A DNA stretch of 64,000 nt, from NCBI RefSeq assembly GCF_001194135.2, contig NC_069005.1:15099208-15163207 (forward strand), written 5' to 3'. The first letter of the stretch is position 1; each line of letters begins with the position of its first letter. Under the pieces are notes generated by a model, which worked only from the letters and a program-made list of their open reading frames with translations, searched no databases and was not told where the DNA came from. The position numbers and the translations under genes are program-made. Of the stretch, positions 63,648 to 64,000 are shown piece after piece. This stretch comes from Octopus bimaculoides. Its lineage: Eukaryota.

Positions 63648-64000
63648 AAAGCACTCAATGAACAAATGGCAGACAGTGCTACAGCTCCAAACAAAAGAGG
63701 GACATGTGAAAACGAAAGCCATCCCCATTAGAAGAGGAATATTCCAGGGAGACACGCTCTCTCCACTCCTGTTCTGCCTGGCACTCACACCTTTAACAGA
63801 ATTGCTAAATAGAACTGGATGCGGTTACAAATGCTACGGAAAAACAGTCAGCCACCTTCTATATATGGATGACCTAAAATTATATGCAAAAAACGACAAA
63901 GAGTTAGAAACACTACTACAGACAGTACACGGCTTTACCAAGGAAATAGATATGAAATTCGGATTAGAAAAATGTGCCAAAGCAACCCTGAAAAGAGGAA
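63648..64000 (+). mobile_element. 5'-truncated R4/Dong-clade LINE; RT domain open to the window end
   Basis: Uninterrupted frame KHSMNKWQT...IRRGIFQGDTLSPLLFCLAL...SHLLYMDDLKLYAK...MKFGLEKCAK, starting directly after (AAT)n. Missing from the ORF track because it has no stop in the window. Confidence 0.92.

Noticed and set aside
1-64000. tRNA genes
   Set aside because: All A/B-box-containing segments are heads of high-copy SINEs continuing into SINE bodies; none forms a stand-alone cloverleaf.
1-64000. CRISPR arrays, operons or prokaryotic defence systems
   Set aside because: The DNA is eukaryotic and intron-containing. The 116-bp, ~150-bp and 31-bp repeats lack unique constant-length spacers and no cas-like ORF is present.
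47515-64000. Next EFCAB5-like exon (expected to start with GG to complete Trp, then P-F/V-like residues)
   Set aside because: I found no acceptor plus open frame with convincing similarity by eye. It may be in a gap, beyond the window, or too diverged; spliced alignment or RNA-seq would decide.

Overview
AT-rich, repeat-dense, gapped animal genomic DNA. The SINE/LINE repertoire and the (AAT)n/(CAT)n/(TA)n/(CA)n microsatellites look like an octopus or other coleoid cephalopod; this is inference from pattern recognition, not a database hit. The one gene I can support well is an EFCAB5-like gene on the + strand. It has five phase-consistent coding exons (20366-20829, 25050-25206, 35112-35237, 40801-40953, 47415-47514; 333 codons) encoding a Dpy-30/RIIa-like docking motif and an EF-hand-like region, and I could not find the next exon in the window. 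A weaker candidate for a divergent minus-strand spliced gene, with possible microexons, lies at about 5-11 kb. Almost everything else is transposon-derived: at least three tRNA-headed SINE families, RTE, R4/Dong, Tx1-like and Penelope retroelement fragments, solo LTRs, Tc1 and DD37D mariner relics, and hAT-, piggyBac- and Tc1/mariner-type MITEs. No tRNA, rRNA, CRISPR or prokaryotic system was found. The most unusual structures are: (1) a 5.85-kb TTAA-bounded segment (10448-16301) whose long modular inverted arms bracket the putative promoter and first exons; (2) a second nested TTAA-bounded foldback (16658-18234); (3) a near-perfect ~500-bp intronic hairpin (26854-27362); (4) a strand-polarised pile-up of SINEs and R4/Dong elements in (AAT)n tracts. 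I cannot establish a new biological system from sequence alone, so these are candidates to test. Exon coordinates were counted base by base; most repeat boundaries are approximate.
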